Positions 20,164-30,484 of a DNA stretch of 64,000 bases are shown here, piece after piece (position 1 is the first letter of the stretch; every line of letters begins with the position of its first letter). The notes under the pieces are model-generated. The model was not told where the DNA came from. It saw only the letters and a program-made list of their open reading frames with translations, and did no database searches. The DNA comes from Thermodesulfobacteriota bacterium (GTDB lineage Bacteria > Desulfobacterota > Desulfobacteria > Desulfobacterales > Desulfosudaceae). The DNA lies in contig JAXHVI010000227.1 of the NCBI GenBank assembly GCA_034189195.1, positions 104 to 64,103 on the forward strand. The letters are read 5' to 3'. Made by a program: the position numbers and the translations under genes.

Positions 20164-20898
20164 TCAATCCCGCGCCTGGTTCACGGTTCCCAAAGCCAGC
20201 ACGAAAAAAGCTACGCCCACGACCACAAGGATCAAGTATGGCCAGGCGCCGGGCGTCTCTCCGAAGGCCGCGCCGCGGATGGCCGTGGACGCGTGGGTCA
20301 GGGGCAGCACCGACAACATTTTTTGCGCCCACAGGGGCAATCGGTCCATGGGGAAAAAGGTGCCGCCCAGAAAGGCCATGGGGGTGATGACGAAGTTGGT
20401 CAGCAGGCTCTGGTCGGCGTGGGATTTGACCAGCATGGCCAGGGCCACGGCCAGGGCGGCGAAAACAAAGCTGTTAAGCAGCGCCGCCAGCCAGAGCCAG
20501 GGACCGTAATGCAGGCGCACGCCGAACAGCAGGCTCAGCGCCAGGATGACGGCGATGCCCATGAGCGCCCGGGTCATGCCGGCCAGCACCTCGCCGGCCA
20601 CGTAGGCGGCGTTGCGGATGGGCGCGGCCTGGAACTCCTCGAAGATGTACCAGTAAAAACGCGCCACATTAATGTCCGTGGCGATGCCGAAACTCTGGGT
20701 CATGCTGCTCATGGCGATCAGGCCGGGAATGAGAAATTCCAGGTAGGTGCGGCCGTCGAAGCGCGCCGCGCCGCCCATGGCGTAGCCCAGGGCGATCAGG
20801 TAGAGCAGCGGCGATACGGCCATGCCGGCCAGCTGGCGCCAGAACCGGCGTTTGAGGATCAGCATTTCGCGCAAGTAAACCGCAATGAATCCCTGCAT
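20164..20898 (-). CDS. ABC-2 type exporter permease
   Basis: Six TM segments; YLEFLIPGLIAM, PMAFLGGTFFP, LPLTHA. Confidence 0.88.
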   Translation of the reverse strand: MQGFIAVYLREMLILKRRFWRQLAGMAVSPLLYLIALGYAMGGAARFDGRTYLEFLIPGLIAMSSMTQSFGIATDINVARFYWYIFEEFQAAPIRNAAYVAGEVLAGMTRALMGIAVILALSLLFGVRLHYGPWLWLAALLNSFVFAALAVALAMLVKSHADQSLLTNFVITPMAFLGGTFFPMDRLPLWAQKMLSVLPLTHASTAIRGAAFGETPGAWPYLILVVVGVAFFVLALGTVNQARD

Positions 20899-21830
20899 CA
20901 GTCTCCTTTCTTGGCGTAAGCGCCCGTTGGGTTGTGGGTTGTCGGCGCGTGCGCGCCATGTCCCTGACCGTGAACCGTCTGGGCGTTGGCGTCGGTTGCC
21001 ACCTTTTTTCCGGTAAGGGTGAGGAAGGCGTCTTCCAGATTGACCCGGCGCAGGGTAAAACCGTTGTGGCGCGCCGCGCCCGCGGCCTGGGCCGCCTCCC
21101 GGCTGGGGAAATAGCCGCTCTGCATGCCTAACTCGGTCACCCAGTCAACGGCCCAATGACCCACGCCGGCCATCAGCGCGGTGGGCGAATCCACTGCCAC
21201 GATGCGTCCGCTCTCCAGAAAGGCCACCCGGTCGGCCAAAAACTCGGCCTCCTCGATGTAGTGAGTGGTGAGAAAGATGGTGGTGCCCTGTTGCTGGATC
21301 TGCTTGACCAGGGACCAGATGCGCCGCCGGATGGCGGGGTCCAGCCCCACGGTGGGCTCGTCCAGGAAAAGAATGCGCGGGTTGTGCAGCAGGGCCCGGG
21401 CGATCATGACGCGCCGTTTGAGCCCGCCGGAGAGCTGTTTGACCAGGCTGTGCACCCGGTCGCTAAGCTCCACGTAGTCCAGCAGTTCGGTAATGCGCTG
21501 TTTGCGTAGTGCGGCCGGCATGCCGAACAAGCGGCCGTGCAAGTCCATGTTTTCGCCCACGGTCAGTTCGCTGTCCAGATTAATGTGCTGGGGCACCAGT
21601 CCGCACTGACGCTTGGCCGCCGTGGCTTGCGCGGCGATATCGTGGCCGTTGAGGGCCGCCGCACCGGCCGACAGGCGCGTGAGGCCGGTCAGAATCCGGA
21701 TGGTGGTCGTCTTGCCCGCGCCGTTGGGCCCCAGGTAGGCGAACAGCTCGCCGGCCGGCACGTGCAGATCGATGCCGGAAAGGGCCTGGATTTTGCCGTA
21801 GGTTTTTCTTAGGTTCTCGATTCGGATCAT
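20898..21830 (-). CDS. ABC exporter ATP-binding protein (DrrA/NodI-like) with His-rich tail
   Basis: GPNGAGKTT, LSGG, LFLDEPTVGLD, TTHYIEEAE; tail VHGQGHGAHAPTTH. Confidence 0.9.
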   Translation of the reverse strand: MIRIENLRKTYGKIQALSGIDLHVPAGELFAYLGPNGAGKTTTIRILTGLTRLSAGAAALNGHDIAAQATAAKRQCGLVPQHINLDSELTVGENMDLHGRLFGMPAALRKQRITELLDYVELSDRVHSLVKQLSGGLKRRVMIARALLHNPRILFLDEPTVGLDPAIRRRIWSLVKQIQQQGTTIFLTTHYIEEAEFLADRVAFLESGRIVAVDSPTALMAGVGHWAVDWVTELGMQSGYFPSREAAQAAGAARHNGFTLRRVNLEDAFLTLTGKKVATDANAQTVHGQGHGAHAPTTHNPTGAYAKKGD

Positions 21831-22876
21831 ATTCGTCTTTCCTTAGTTCTCTCCCTCACCGATTCTACATTGTCGGCGATCTCCATCAACGGCTGGCGCC
21901 GCACCCGATGGGGCAGGGCCAGTTCGGCGGCGGCTTTGATATCTTCCGAAAGTACTTCGGTGCGGCCTTCGTAAGCGGCCAGGGTTTTGGCCGTCTTCAA
22001 GATGATGATGTCGCCCCGGTGGCCGTCCACCCCCACATCCAGGCAGTATTGGGCGATCTCGTAGAGCCGCTCCCGGGCCACGGTCACCTGGGGATAGAGC
22101 CGTTTGGCGGTGAGGATGCGTTCGGCCAGGGCCTGGGATTCGGCGGCCCAGCGGCCGGCGAATCCCTCAGGATCATCCTCGAAAGCGGCCCGGCGCTCCA
22201 TGACGGCCACGCGGTCGTCGGCCGCGGCGATGCCCTCTATGGTCACGCACAATCCGAAGCGGTCGAGCAGCTGGGGCCGCAGTTCCCCCTCTTCCGGGTT
22301 CATGGTGCCCACCAGAGTGAAACGGGCAGGGTGGGAGAAGGAGACCCCTTCGCGCTCGATGGTGTTCACCCCCATGGCGGCCGAATCGAGCAGCACGTCC
22401 ACCACGTGGTCGTCCAGCAGGTTGACCTCGTCCACGTAGAGGAGGCCCCGGTGGGCAGCGGCCAGCAGGCCCGGCTCCACCCGCTTTTCGCCTTTTTTCA
22501 GGGCGTGTTCCAGGTCCATGGAGCCTACCACGCGGTCTTCGGTGGCGCCCACGGGCAGTTCCACTACGCGCACCTTGCGCCGGGCCGCGACGGGCAGGTG
22601 GCCGTCGTCCGCACCGGGCAGGTTCAGGGCACGGGCGATCTCGCGGTAGATGTCGTCCTCTTCGCCGGGGGCCAGTTGAAACGGGTCATCGGTGAAGATG
22701 TCGATTTCCGGCAGGATGTCGGCCAGGGCCCTCACGGCCGTGGATTTGGCCGTGCCTTTCTCGCCGCGGATCAACACGCCGGACAGGCCCGGCTGAATGA
22801 CGTTGAGGATCAGGGCCAGTTTCATCTTTTCCTGGCCCACGATGGCGGTAAAGGGATAAACAGGGGTTGCTTTCAT
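21827..22876 (-). CDS. ChlI/BchI-like AAA+ chelatase subunit
   Basis: YPFTAIVGQE, GEKGTAKST, ATEDRVVG, YVDEVNLLDDH, MNPEEGELRPQLLDRFG. Confidence 0.9.
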   Translation of the reverse strand: MKATPVYPFTAIVGQEKMKLALILNVIQPGLSGVLIRGEKGTAKSTAVRALADILPEIDIFTDDPFQLAPGEEDDIYREIARALNLPGADDGHLPVAARRKVRVVELPVGATEDRVVGSMDLEHALKKGEKRVEPGLLAAAHRGLLYVDEVNLLDDHVVDVLLDSAAMGVNTIEREGVSFSHPARFTLVGTMNPEEGELRPQLLDRFGLCVTIEGIAAADDRVAVMERRAAFEDDPEGFAGRWAAESQALAERILTAKRLYPQVTVARERLYEIAQYCLDVGVDGHRGDIIILKTAKTLAAYEGRTEVLSEDIKAAAELALPHRVRRQPLMEIADNVESVRERTKERRI

Positions 22877-24903
22877 GCGCGGTTTCCTTTCACGATATTC
22901 ACAAGGGTTTGGGCTTTGAGATCATCGATCTTATGGTACCGGGCCTGCAGGGCGGTCGACAGCCGTCGTGCCAGGCCGAAGGTGACAAGCCCCGGCTCCT
23001 CGGTGTCCACGACGATGTGCCGCACGCGGCCGTCCTGGGCCATGGCCGCGGCCAGATGCAGGGCTTCGTCCACCGGTTTCTCATTGCCCAGGGCCACATT
23101 GGCCTTGCCGTCGGTGATCAGGATGACAATGGGCCGGGCCGAAGGGTCTTTGAGCAGAACGTTGCGCACCTGCTCGAAGGTTTTGGCCAGGCCGGCCGAC
23201 AGCGGGGTGCGGCCGCCTACAGGCAGTTCGGCCAGCAGCTTGCCGGCCAGGTCCACCGAACTGGTGGGCGGCAGGTTGACCACTGCCCCGTCCCTGCGAA
23301 AAGAGACCATGGCCACCCGGTCGCGCTTCTGATAGGCGTCCAGCAACAGGGACATAATGGCCCCTTTGGAGGCGGCCATGCGGCCCCGGGCGCCCATGGA
23401 GCCGCTGGCGTCCACGGTGAAGAAGAGAAAGTTGCCGATGCGTTTTTCGCGGATCTTGCCGCGGATGTCCTGGTCGGTGAGGACTACGGCCATGCCGTTG
23501 GGGTTGCCATTGCGCCGTGCAGGCTGATAGGGAGCGGCCGCCCGCAAGGTGGCGTCCAGGGCGATGTCGCCATGGCGGGCGGTGAGGCAGCTTTTCACAT
23601 AACGGCCCTGTTTCTGGCTCACCCGGGTGCGCGAGCGGCGGCCCGATCCGCGGCGGATTACGCGATCCCTGGCCGTAGATATGGGTTTCACTTTGAAAGT
23701 GGCGCCGATGTCGAAGATCTGTTCGTCCTGCCGCTCGGGCTGGGGTGTGCCCTGTTCTGGTTCAGGCGCGGCATGGTCATCGTCCGCCGATGCTTCGTCC
23801 GGGGCCTCCCGGGATTCGGCAGTCTGATCCTCCGGGGCCGGAGGCTGCTCGGCCTGTTGTTGGTCTTCTTGGGATTGGTCTTGATCATTCGCTTCGTCCC
23901 GATCCTCTTCGGGCGGCGGCGGTGGCGGCGGAGGGGGCGGCGGCTGGGCTTCCCGGCGCCGGTGAACCAGGGCCATGGGCGCCACCCGGCGGATATAATC
24001 CACGTTTACCTCGGGCGCTGCTTCCAGGGCCGCCAGGGCCAGGGCCGCCTGCTCGATCACCAGGTCGGCCCGGTGGCCGGCCACGTTGTTCTCGGCGCAC
24101 AATTCACTGATAAAACCGCGCAGGTGGCGGGACATGCGAACCGTTGACAATTGAGCCTTCGCGGCTTCGATTTTCCGGGCAACCGCCCGGTTCTGCTCGG
24201 CATAGGACCGCATGAAGGCCGCCGGATCGCCGTCAAATTCCTCCCGTCGCCGCATGAGGGCGACACGCTCCTCGAGGTCCCCGGCGCCGGTGGTCTCCAC
24301 GCACAGGCCGAAGCGATCGAGCAGTTGGGGCCGCAGTTCCCCCTCCTCTGGGTTCATGGTGCCCACCAGGATGAAGCGCGCGGGATGGCGCAAGGAGATT
24401 CCTTCGCGCTCGATGATGTTCTCTCCCGATGCCGCCGCGTCCAGAACGATGTCCACGATGTGATCATCCAGCAGGTTGATTTCATCCACATAGAGGATGC
24501 CCCGGTGGGCCGCGGCCAGCAGGCCGGGCTGCAGGGCGCGCCGGCCCTGCCGGACGGCCAGCGAAAAATCGATGCCGCCGGCCACCCTGTCTTCGGTGGC
24601 GTTGAGCGGCAGGTCCACCACGCGCACCTGCCGGCGCGTTCTTTCCAATGGCTGTCTGCTGTTTCTGCAACGATCGCAGCTTTCATCAAGGCGGTCCGGC
24701 GCGCAGCCGAAGGAGCAGCCGCCCACCACCGCGATCTCGGGCAACAGCGCGGCAAGCGCCCGCACGGCCGTGGATTTGGCCGTGCCTTTTTCACCCCGGA
24801 TCAACACCCCGCCGATACGGGGATTGACGGCATTGAGCAGCAGGCTCTGCTTGAGTTCTTCCTGGCCGACAATGGCCGCGAAGGGGAAAATGGTTCGGCG
24901 CAT
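22873..24903 (-). CDS. ChlD/BchD-like chelatase subunit (AAA+, Pro/acidic linker, vWA)
   Basis: AAA motifs as in ChlI, poly-Pro/acidic linker, MIDAS VDASGSM, GGRTPL, ITDGKAN. Confidence 0.9.
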   Translation of the reverse strand: MRRTIFPFAAIVGQEELKQSLLLNAVNPRIGGVLIRGEKGTAKSTAVRALAALLPEIAVVGGCSFGCAPDRLDESCDRCRNSRQPLERTRRQVRVVDLPLNATEDRVAGGIDFSLAVRQGRRALQPGLLAAAHRGILYVDEINLLDDHIVDIVLDAAASGENIIEREGISLRHPARFILVGTMNPEEGELRPQLLDRFGLCVETTGAGDLEERVALMRRREEFDGDPAAFMRSYAEQNRAVARKIEAAKAQLSTVRMSRHLRGFISELCAENNVAGHRADLVIEQAALALAALEAAPEVNVDYIRRVAPMALVHRRREAQPPPPPPPPPPPEEDRDEANDQDQSQEDQQQAEQPPAPEDQTAESREAPDEASADDDHAAPEPEQGTPQPERQDEQIFDIGATFKVKPISTARDRVIRRGSGRRSRTRVSQKQGRYVKSCLTARHGDIALDATLRAAAPYQPARRNGNPNGMAVVLTDQDIRGKIREKRIGNFLFFTVDASGSMGARGRMAASKGAIMSLLLDAYQKRDRVAMVSFRRDGAVVNLPPTSSVDLAGKLLAELPVGGRTPLSAGLAKTFEQVRNVLLKDPSARPIVILITDGKANVALGNEKPVDEALHLAAAMAQDGRVRHIVVDTEEPGLVTFGLARRLSTALQARYHKIDDLKAQTLVNIVKGNRA

Positions 24904-24904
24904 A

Positions 24905-26641
24905 TCAGATTCTCCAGTTCACCCCGACCACCCAGGTCAGGGGCGGGGCCAGCAGGCCATCGGCGTAGTAATAGGTCTTGTCGAAGATGTTTTTTACCTC
25001 TGTAAAGAGGCTCCATCGCTTGAAGGCGTACTCGGCCCGCAGGTCGGCGATACCATAGGCGGGCACGGTCCTGGTGTTGGCCTTGTCGCGATAGACTTCG
25101 GATGAGTAAGTGCCCACCGCCACGAGGGAGAGCGGCGCGCAGGGCTGCCAGAAAAGGGTCAGGTCGGCGGTATGCCGGGCTTTGCAGGGAATCCAAAACC
25201 CGGTGTCCTGGTCCTTGGCTTCCAGATAAGTATAGGCGCCGTTGACCTTGAACGTTTCCGCCAGTTTCAGGTTGAAGGCCGCATCACCGCCCACGTAGGT
25301 GACTTCTCCGAAGTTCTGGTATTGGCCGATACCGTCATCGCCGGTCACATAGGTGATGCGGTCGCTCAGCAGGTTGTAGAATCCGGTCAAACTGAAGGAA
25401 AACGCCTTGTGGGGCGTGGCGAAAAAGGCCAGGCTGAAATTGTCGGCCTGTTCCATGGATAGGTCCGGATTGGGCCGGGTCGAGCTGGTTTCGTTGTAGC
25501 GCTGGTAAAAGGAGGGGGTGTTTTGAGCGCGGCTGTAGGAGCCGGTCAGCCGCCAGGCCGGTTTTTTATAAACCGCCTTGATCTCCGGATTGAGGGCATT
25601 CTCGAACACCGAATGATAGTTGCCGCGCAATCCCGCGGTCAGGGTGGTGGACACTTCGGGCCAGGCGACGGTCTGGTCGGCAAACAATGAGGCCGCATAT
25701 TCCCCCTGGTCGTCGAACGCGCTCCCGCTGGCCCGGTCCCGGGAGAACGCGGCGCCGCAGCTCAGATCGCCCCGCCAGGTGGTCTTGAACATCGTGGACA
25801 GGTTCTGCTCTATCTTGGAGACTCGCAGGGTCTTGTCCATGCCCGTGCTGCTGTCGGTGTTGTGGGTGTAACCTTCGTTGTATGCGCTCTGACTTATCCA
25901 GCGTGACACTTCGGCCCGCAGGGCCAGGGCCGCGTTGCGGCTCTCCTTGCGGGAAAAGGGCGTGGGATATGCCGGCAGCCCGGTCAGCCCCCGCTCGTCC
26001 TGCAGGACATCGGCGGAAAGGCCGAAGCGCTTGCCGCTCCCATCGGGCGCGTAGTCGATCTTCATCCCGGCCTGCCAGCGCTCCTTGTCGTTGTTGACGG
26101 TATAGCCGTCCGAGATTTTGTAGCCCGCGCTGACGCCGCCGGTGACATTGCCAAAGATGGTGTTGACTGCGGCGCTGACATCACGCGTGCCGAAATTGCC
26201 GGCATAGGTCTTGACGTTTCCCGACACCCGGCGGTCCTTGCGGGTGGTGATCAGGACGACCCCGCCGCTGGCGTCCTGTCCATAGGCCAGGCCGCCCTTG
26301 CCCCGCAGGATTTCGATGCGATCCACGTCGTCGGGCGATACCAGGTCCCAATTCACGCCGCCGTGGCTGGAGGCGGGATCATTGATGGGCCGGCCGTCCA
26401 CAAACACCTTGACTTTGTAAGAACCATGGATGCTCACCGACGAATCCCCGGCCTTGACGCCGGGGACGTGGTTAAACACATCGGGCATCTTCAGAGCCTG
26501 CATGGCGCGGATCTCCTCGGCGGTGAGCACAATCGTATCGCCATTGTCGGTATTTGGGGGCTTGCTGTCGTCGGCGACAATCACCATCGGCCGCAAAATC
26601 AATACGAGCAGCAGGCAAGTCAGCAAGACATGCATTTTCAC
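24905..26641 (-). CDS. TonB-dependent outer-membrane receptor (short, 578 aa)
   Basis: Plug VFVDGRPIN, VDRIEILRGKGGLAYG..ASGGVVLITT; NPDLSMEQ; KNIFDKTY. Confidence 0.88.
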   Translation of the reverse strand: MKMHVLLTCLLLVLILRPMVIVADDSKPPNTDNGDTIVLTAEEIRAMQALKMPDVFNHVPGVKAGDSSVSIHGSYKVKVFVDGRPINDPASSHGGVNWDLVSPDDVDRIEILRGKGGLAYGQDASGGVVLITTRKDRRVSGNVKTYAGNFGTRDVSAAVNTIFGNVTGGVSAGYKISDGYTVNNDKERWQAGMKIDYAPDGSGKRFGLSADVLQDERGLTGLPAYPTPFSRKESRNAALALRAEVSRWISQSAYNEGYTHNTDSSTGMDKTLRVSKIEQNLSTMFKTTWRGDLSCGAAFSRDRASGSAFDDQGEYAASLFADQTVAWPEVSTTLTAGLRGNYHSVFENALNPEIKAVYKKPAWRLTGSYSRAQNTPSFYQRYNETSSTRPNPDLSMEQADNFSLAFFATPHKAFSFSLTGFYNLLSDRITYVTGDDGIGQYQNFGEVTYVGGDAAFNLKLAETFKVNGAYTYLEAKDQDTGFWIPCKARHTADLTLFWQPCAPLSLVAVGTYSSEVYRDKANTRTVPAYGIADLRAEYAFKRWSLFTEVKNIFDKTYYYADGLLAPPLTWVVGVNWRI

Positions 26642-26710
26642 GAAGTCAATTTCCTTCCGGCAAACACTTGATCACCATCTGTCCACCCATCGACATCCGT
26701 CCATCGACCA

Positions 26711-29700
26711 TCATCGATCACTCCACTCCTCGATCTCCCCCTCCATCTCCAGATAGGCGTTGCGAAGCGCCTCTTCCATCTCGTCACCGGCCTTCCACAT
26801 CCCGCGGCCGATGGCCTCCAGCAGCTTGTCCAGGATGTTCTGCAACGCGAAGGGATTAACTTGCTTCATCCACCGCTGCATCTCGGGGTCCAGGGCGTAG
26901 GCCCGGGCGATTTTTTCGTACATCCAGTCGTCGATCACCTCGGCGGTGGCGTCCCAGCCCAGGACCACGTCCATCATGTGGGAGATGTCGCCGGCGCCCT
27001 TGTAGCCGTGGCGTTTCATGCCCGCCAGCCATTTTGGGTTGACCAGGCGGGAGCGAAGGACGTGCCTGGCTTCCTCGAAGGTGGTGCGCATCTTGACCCG
27101 CTTGGGGTCGGCGCTGTCGCCCATCACGGCAAAGGGCAGCGTGCCGCGCACGGTCTTGGCCGCCACGATCATTCCGCCGTAGTAGTTATAGTAGTCGGTG
27201 CACGACATCATGTCGTACTCCCGGCTGTCTTCGTTTTTCACGGTGACGTCCATGCGGGCCAGGTGGCGGCGGTAGACGTCGGGTTTCTGAGTACCGTAGG
27301 TGCCCTGGCCGTAGGCGTGGGACGAATAACGGATATAGTTGTTGCCCAAATCCTCCTGTGTCTTCCAGTTCTTGGACTCCACCAGCTCGGCCACGCCGGC
27401 GCCGTAGGTGCCCGGCGGGCAGCCGAAGACCCGGAAGGTGGCTTCCCGGAAGGCACCCTCTTCGCTCATGCCCTGTCGGCGGTACGCTTCCAGGTCCTTG
27501 TAGACGTTGCGGCGTAAAAAATTACTCTCCGGCGGCTCCTTCAGGGCCGCCACCATGCGCACGGCTTCGTCGATGCGCTCCACCAGGTTGGGGAAGGAAT
27601 CCCGGAAAAAGCCCGAGATGCGCGGGGTGACATCCAAACGCGGCCGTTTGAGCTCACTCAAGGGGATTACCGAAAGCCCGGTAACATTGCCGCTGCCTTT
27701 GGCCCACACGGGCGTGAGGCCCATAAGGTAGTAGATCTCGGCGATATCGTCGCCCCGGGTGCGCATGGTGGTCGTGCCGTAGACCAGGATGCCGATGTTG
27801 TCCGGGTATTTGCCCGAGGCCTCCATGTAGCGCCCGATCAGGGCGTCTCCCAGGCGCACGCCCACTTCCCAGGCCGCCGGGGTGGGGATCTTGTTGGGGT
27901 CCACCGAGTAGAAGTTGCGGCCTGTTGGCAGGATGTCGGCCTGTCCCCGGGTGGGAGCGCCCGAGGGGCCTGGGGGCACGAACTCCCCGCGGAAACCGGC
28001 CAGGCTGAAATCGATCTCTTCGGTACAGCACCGGATATCGGGCACCAGGGTGTCGGCAATGAAGGCCAGGGCCGCCTCCACCCGGGGCGAGGGGCACTCC
28101 ATGAGGTCGGCGGTCACCGCCGGAATGCAGTCGGCGTTGTAATCCACCATTGCCAAGCCGTGCACCAGGGCCAGGGCCTTTTGATGTGCCCGGCTGACGA
28201 TTTCCGCGCCGCTGAGGCCGTTAAAGCGCCTGGGGCGTTTGCCGCGGTTTTCCAGCACATCGTCGTAGTCATAGCCCATGGCCGTGACCAGGGATTCGCG
28301 CAGGGAGGGCGCATCGCGGTTGGCCAGGCGGGTCATCTGCACCACGAACTGCTCCAGGCGCTCGCCTTCCGGGGCGTTGCCCATCACGTGCAGGCCGTCG
28401 TTGATCATGGTGTCGGAAAGTTCCTCGATGTAGGCGTGCAGCTTTTCCAAAAAGGCGTCGAAATCGGCCAGAGCCTCTTCCCGAGTGATCTCCAGGTCCT
28501 TGTCCAGGCTTGCCCCAACCACCGCCTCCCAGATCATGGGCCGCAGGATTTCCACCTTGGCCGGGTCTTCGGCCAGGGCAGTGGCATGGTCGGCCACCAA
28601 TCCCTGCACCTTGCCCAGATCGTCATACAGATCGGCGTTGGTGTAGGCCGGTGTCAGGTGATCGATGATGCAGCAGTAGCTGCGCCGTTTGGCCTGGGTG
28701 CCTTCGCCGGGGTCGTTGATGATGTACGGGTAGACATTGGGCAGCTCCATGATGGCCAGGTCGGGGTAGCATTTTTCCGACAACCCCAGGGCCTTGCCGG
28801 GTAGCCACTCCAGGCTGCCGTGCTTGCCCACGTGCATCACCGCGTGGGCTTTGAACACGTCCCGGATCCAGCGATACTGGGCCATGTAGTGATGGGGCGG
28901 CGACAGATACATGTCGTGGTAGATTTTTTCCACATTCTCCAGGTAGCCCCTGGGAGGCTGGATGGTGAGAAAGACGTTGCCGTTGTGCATGCCGGCAAAA
29001 TGCAACTGATTGTCGTGGACAAAGAGATCGCCGGGCATGGCGCCCCAGTCGGCGGTCATCTTCTCCCGGATGGGACCGGGCAGTTCGGCGTGCCAGGGGC
29101 CGAAGTGCTCCGGGCCGGCATGGGCCTCGGCTTTGGCCGCCAGTTGATCCACAGGCAGCCAGCGTCGGTCGCAGGTCATGCGCGAAAGCATTTCGTGGGC
29201 CAGGGCGTCGCCGTCGGCAAAGGTGCGCTCGATGCGGTAGCCCTCGGCCCGCATGCGTTTGAGCAGGGCGTTGACGCTGGCGAAGCTGTCCAGGCCGGCG
29301 GCGCAGCCGATGCGGTCGTTGCGCGGCGGGTAGTGGTGAAAGATGACGGCCACCCGGCGTTCGGGGTTGGGGGTGCGTTTGAGCCGGGCCCAGTTCAAAG
29401 CCAGACGCACCATCTTCTCCACCCGTTCGTCAATGGGCATGTACCTGGCGATCAGGGCGCCGGTGAGCGGATCGACCGTTTTCTCTTCTCGGGTGGCGCA
29501 GGGCACGGTGATCAGGGTGCCGTCGAACTCCGGTTGAGCCGCCGAGTAGGAGACATCCATGGTGGGCAGTCCCTGGACGCTCTCTGACCACTGGGCAAAC
29601 GGCACAGAGCAGGTCATGGTCTGGATGAACGGCACATCGAGCCGGGGCAGCAGGGTTTTGTATTCCGGCGCCGCCAGGGTCAGGGAGAACATCAGGGGGT

Positions 29701-30484
29701 TGATCAGCACATCGATGCGCGGCCGGTCGCCGTCCATGAAAAAATGTTCCACAATATAGTCGGCGCCGCGGTTGCCTCGTCCGGCATCCTTGTAGCGCAG
29801 GTGGAAGACCGGGAGGATGTTGGCCCCTTGGGCCTCCACGGCCCGGATGATGGCGTCGATGAAGGCCAGGTTGTTGTTCAGCCAATAGGTTTGATAAAAC
29901 CACAACCCCACTGTGGGCTTGATTGGATCGACCCGCTCGGCAAGATAGACGTTCAGGCCGGGGATCCCGGAAAAATCCGGATGGTAGAGGCCTTCGTGGG
30001 GCAGCTCAACTGCGGGACGAACGTCGGTCCTGTCGTCGTCGAAAAGGCGGTTGTGGAGATAAATGAGCAGTTGATGAAAATTGAGCGGCCCGCCGCAGCT
30101 CAGGTAGCGCTGGATCTCGTCCCAGGCCGGTTGGCCGAAATCGGTGGAATGCTCCCGGGCCGCCTCGATGGAATCTTCATCCCCGCTGATAGGTTGAATG
30201 TGCACATAGGGTCGCCGGTCAGCCGGCAATTGGGCCAGGGCGTCCGTGAATCGATCAAAAGCGGGAAACGACGGCTTGCCGCCGTGCAGGGTGACGATAA
30301 CCGCATCCGAGGAAAGGGCCTGTTTGACGAAGGCGGCCTGGCGCGCCTGGTCGAAGATCTGAGTCTGGGTGCGGGCGTGTACCTTGACGGTTGTGCCCGC
30401 GGCCGTGAACAGGCGCACGCCTTCGCTCAAGCTGGGCATCTCCATGGCCGTGGCCGAGTAGTAGCATAGGATGTAGGGCTTCAT
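26711..30484 (-). CDS. cobN: Cobaltochelatase large subunit CobN-like protein
   Basis: Start moved to MKPYIL (ATGA overlap with upstream stop); QPEFDG, GLDSFAS, HVGKHGSLEWLPGK, PGEGTQAKRR, GPSGAPTRG..LPTGRNFY, RPRLDVT, NPKWLAGMKRHGYKGA. Confidence 0.93.
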   Translation of the reverse strand: MKPYILCYYSATAMEMPSLSEGVRLFTAAGTTVKVHARTQTQIFDQARQAAFVKQALSSDAVIVTLHGGKPSFPAFDRFTDALAQLPADRRPYVHIQPISGDEDSIEAAREHSTDFGQPAWDEIQRYLSCGGPLNFHQLLIYLHNRLFDDDRTDVRPAVELPHEGLYHPDFSGIPGLNVYLAERVDPIKPTVGLWFYQTYWLNNNLAFIDAIIRAVEAQGANILPVFHLRYKDAGRGNRGADYIVEHFFMDGDRPRIDVLINPLMFSLTLAAPEYKTLLPRLDVPFIQTMTCSVPFAQWSESVQGLPTMDVSYSAAQPEFDGTLITVPCATREEKTVDPLTGALIARYMPIDERVEKMVRLALNWARLKRTPNPERRVAVIFHHYPPRNDRIGCAAGLDSFASVNALLKRMRAEGYRIERTFADGDALAHEMLSRMTCDRRWLPVDQLAAKAEAHAGPEHFGPWHAELPGPIREKMTADWGAMPGDLFVHDNQLHFAGMHNGNVFLTIQPPRGYLENVEKIYHDMYLSPPHHYMAQYRWIRDVFKAHAVMHVGKHGSLEWLPGKALGLSEKCYPDLAIMELPNVYPYIINDPGEGTQAKRRSYCCIIDHLTPAYTNADLYDDLGKVQGLVADHATALAEDPAKVEILRPMIWEAVVGASLDKDLEITREEALADFDAFLEKLHAYIEELSDTMINDGLHVMGNAPEGERLEQFVVQMTRLANRDAPSLRESLVTAMGYDYDDVLENRGKRPRRFNGLSGAEIVSRAHQKALALVHGLAMVDYNADCIPAVTADLMECPSPRVEAALAFIADTLVPDIRCCTEEIDFSLAGFRGEFVPPGPSGAPTRGQADILPTGRNFYSVDPNKIPTPAAWEVGVRLGDALIGRYMEASGKYPDNIGILVYGTTTMRTRGDDIAEIYYLMGLTPVWAKGSGNVTGLSVIPLSELKRPRLDVTPRISGFFRDSFPNLVERIDEAVRMVAALKEPPESNFLRRNVYKDLEAYRRQGMSEEGAFREATFRVFGCPPGTYGAGVAELVESKNWKTQEDLGNNYIRYSSHAYGQGTYGTQKPDVYRRHLARMDVTVKNEDSREYDMMSCTDYYNYYGGMIVAAKTVRGTLPFAVMGDSADPKRVKMRTTFEEARHVLRSRLVNPKWLAGMKRHGYKGAGDISHMMDVVLGWDATAEVIDDWMYEKIARAYALDPEMQRWMKQVNPFALQNILDKLLEAIGRGMWKAGDEMEEALRNAYLEMEGEIEEWSDR

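Noticed and set aside
22873-24903. Programmed frameshift in chlD producing both I and D subunits
   Set aside because: The ORF is continuous and a separate chlI gene is adjacent.
21827-24903. Photosynthesis (Mg-chelatase) genes
   Set aside because: No other bch/chl genes; the context is CobN and cobalamin riboswitches.
18975-25105. Long plus-strand ORFs (470, 474, 426, 284 aa)
   Set aside because: Antisense shadows of GC-rich real genes with no recognisable motifs; the same applies to most short ORFs in the track.
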